Positions 63,701-64,000 of a stretch of 64,000 bases of DNA are shown here, piece after piece. Origin of the DNA: Perna viridis (lineage: Eukaryota). The stretch is taken from contig CM074516.1 of the NCBI GenBank assembly GCA_037379345.1, positions 26,784,001-26,848,000 on the forward strand. Direction: 5' to 3'. A model generated the notes under the pieces. The model saw nothing but the letters and a program-made list of their open reading frames with translations, ran no database searches and was not told the DNA's origin. A program made the position numbers and the translations under genes. Each line of letters opens with the position of its first letter. Position 1 is the first letter of the stretch.

Positions 63701-64000
63701 AGACACAAGGAATTAAAACTACAAATAATGCTACCATGCTGCCAGACAATGGGTGTTCTATGAACAAAACTAATGAAATAGTTTATCCTGAGACTGTTAT
63801 CCACCAGTCTGGCCCTTTAGTTTACCCTGAGTCTGTTACCCACAAGCCTGGCCAAATAATTAATCAACAACAGACAAATATGCAACCATCAGGTCCAGAA
63901 GTTGCAACTAATATGCATAAGCCTTTGGTTTATCCACAGCAAACAGGCATAAAGGAGCAGCATTCAAGTACCATTACAGAAACTCTGAAGCCTCTACAAT
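51733..64000 (+). CDS. PARP7/PARP12/ZAP-family mono-ADP-ribosyltransferase (CCCH-WWE-WWE-PARP) with a long repetitive N-terminus; 3' end beyond the window
   Basis: Phase-consistent exons: 51733-52971, 53711-53792, 55000-55611, 56114-58434, 60136-60363, 61684-61883, 62205-62426, 63237->64000 (>1889 aa). CCCH finger CAELTKERCKNDNCNNHH. WWE1 PYLWQV..RWIPF..VEKAF..IRRLTT. WWE2 WRWYWRND..WEIY..LEKKY..YKIDF..QTN..TG..VIRRP. PARP motifs RIQNRKLW, LFHGT, FDFRISG, YGQGSYFA, SHSY, MFRAKVLVG, FDSCVD, PSIFVVF, YPEYLIMY. Confidence 0.92.
52100..52935 (+). repeat. Coding 33-bp tandem repeat (RPNSGNQHQQQ, about 25 units)
   Basis: Unit agacccaatagtggtaaccagcatcaacaacag, with the 3' copies nearly identical. 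Confidence 0.95.
53046..53386. mobile_element. Second, 3'-truncated copy of the 11395-11789 MITE-like element
   Basis: Colinear similarity, for example tttgtaagaatcagg.aaaatg.gaaaaatcagaaacat and ttccttgattctgatggtgcaa. Confidence 0.75.
53847..54047. mobile_element. Short TA-flanked MITE (tactgt...acagta)
   Basis: Terminal TACTGTAGAAATA / TATTTTCACAGTA with internal ccacgaa motifs. Confidence 0.55.
54190..54770 (-). mobile_element. Degenerate inverted HINE-family fragment
   Basis: Reverse-complement similarity to 25910-26160 (for example aactttcagttgatgaaataatcctatgataaggcc). Confidence 0.5.
55128..55397 (+). repeat. Coding 27-bp degenerate repeat (DNRQFGxPP, about 10 units)
   Basis: GYRQFGTPF DNRRFGLPS DKRQISPPF NSRQFGQPP YNQYVCPPP SEKQFGPLP DNRQFVQPP DNRQLSTRS ENKQLSAPP DRRIFHPQR. 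Confidence 0.85.
56200..57380 (+). repeat. Coding acidic 33-bp repeat (ENQEEFEESYG) with a 231-bp higher-order unit
   Basis: tatgatgaagatcaagagg occurs at 56437, 56668 and 56899, a period of 231 = 7x33. Confidence 0.95.
59582..59794. mobile_element. 213-bp palindromic MITE with a TTAA duplication (Kolobok-like GG...CC ends)
   Basis: TTAA|GGAGGTAGACTTAGG...CCTAGGTCTACCTCC|TTAA. Same family as 12384-12595, in inverted orientation. Confidence 0.8.
63237..63660 (+). CDS. PARP catalytic core (H-Y-I triad)
   Basis: Manual translation (not in the ORF track because there is no stop in the window): ...LDLFHGTDSLNTCRGICVNNFDFRISGRNATLYGQGSYFATRAKLSHSYT...DPSIFVVFDRSQCYPEYLIMY. Confidence 0.95.

Overview
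AT-rich, intron-rich animal genomic DNA. The repeat families suggest a bivalve mollusc, probably an oyster (inference). Three spliced protein-coding genes can be built by hand from GT-AG junctions with consistent phases. (1) The 3' 23 exons (about 1326 aa) of a highly divergent dynein heavy chain-like gene lie on + at 1448..20840, and the 5' part is outside the window. (2) An uncharacterised, mostly disordered protein of about 1829 aa lies on - at 38983..26847 (7 coding exons), tail-to-tail with the dynein gene. (3) A PARP7/PARP12/ZAP-family mono-ADP-ribosyltransferase lies on + at 51733..>64000 (CCCH-WWE-WWE-PARP, H-Y-I triad). It has a very long N-terminus made of a Q/N-rich 11-aa repeat, a 9-aa Pro/Phe repeat and an acidic 11-aa/77-aa repeat, and an ISRE-like IRF motif sits in its presumed promoter/5' region. 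Between genes 2 and 3 is a near full-length but inactivated L2/CR1-group LINE whose ORF1 carries an SGNH esterase and CCHC knuckles. The window also has many nested non-autonomous elements: Helentron/HINE-like repeats with internal satellites, Penelope-derived fragments, TA- and TTAA-targeting MITEs, and a SINE-like element. No rRNA, tRNA or CRISPR features were recognised.
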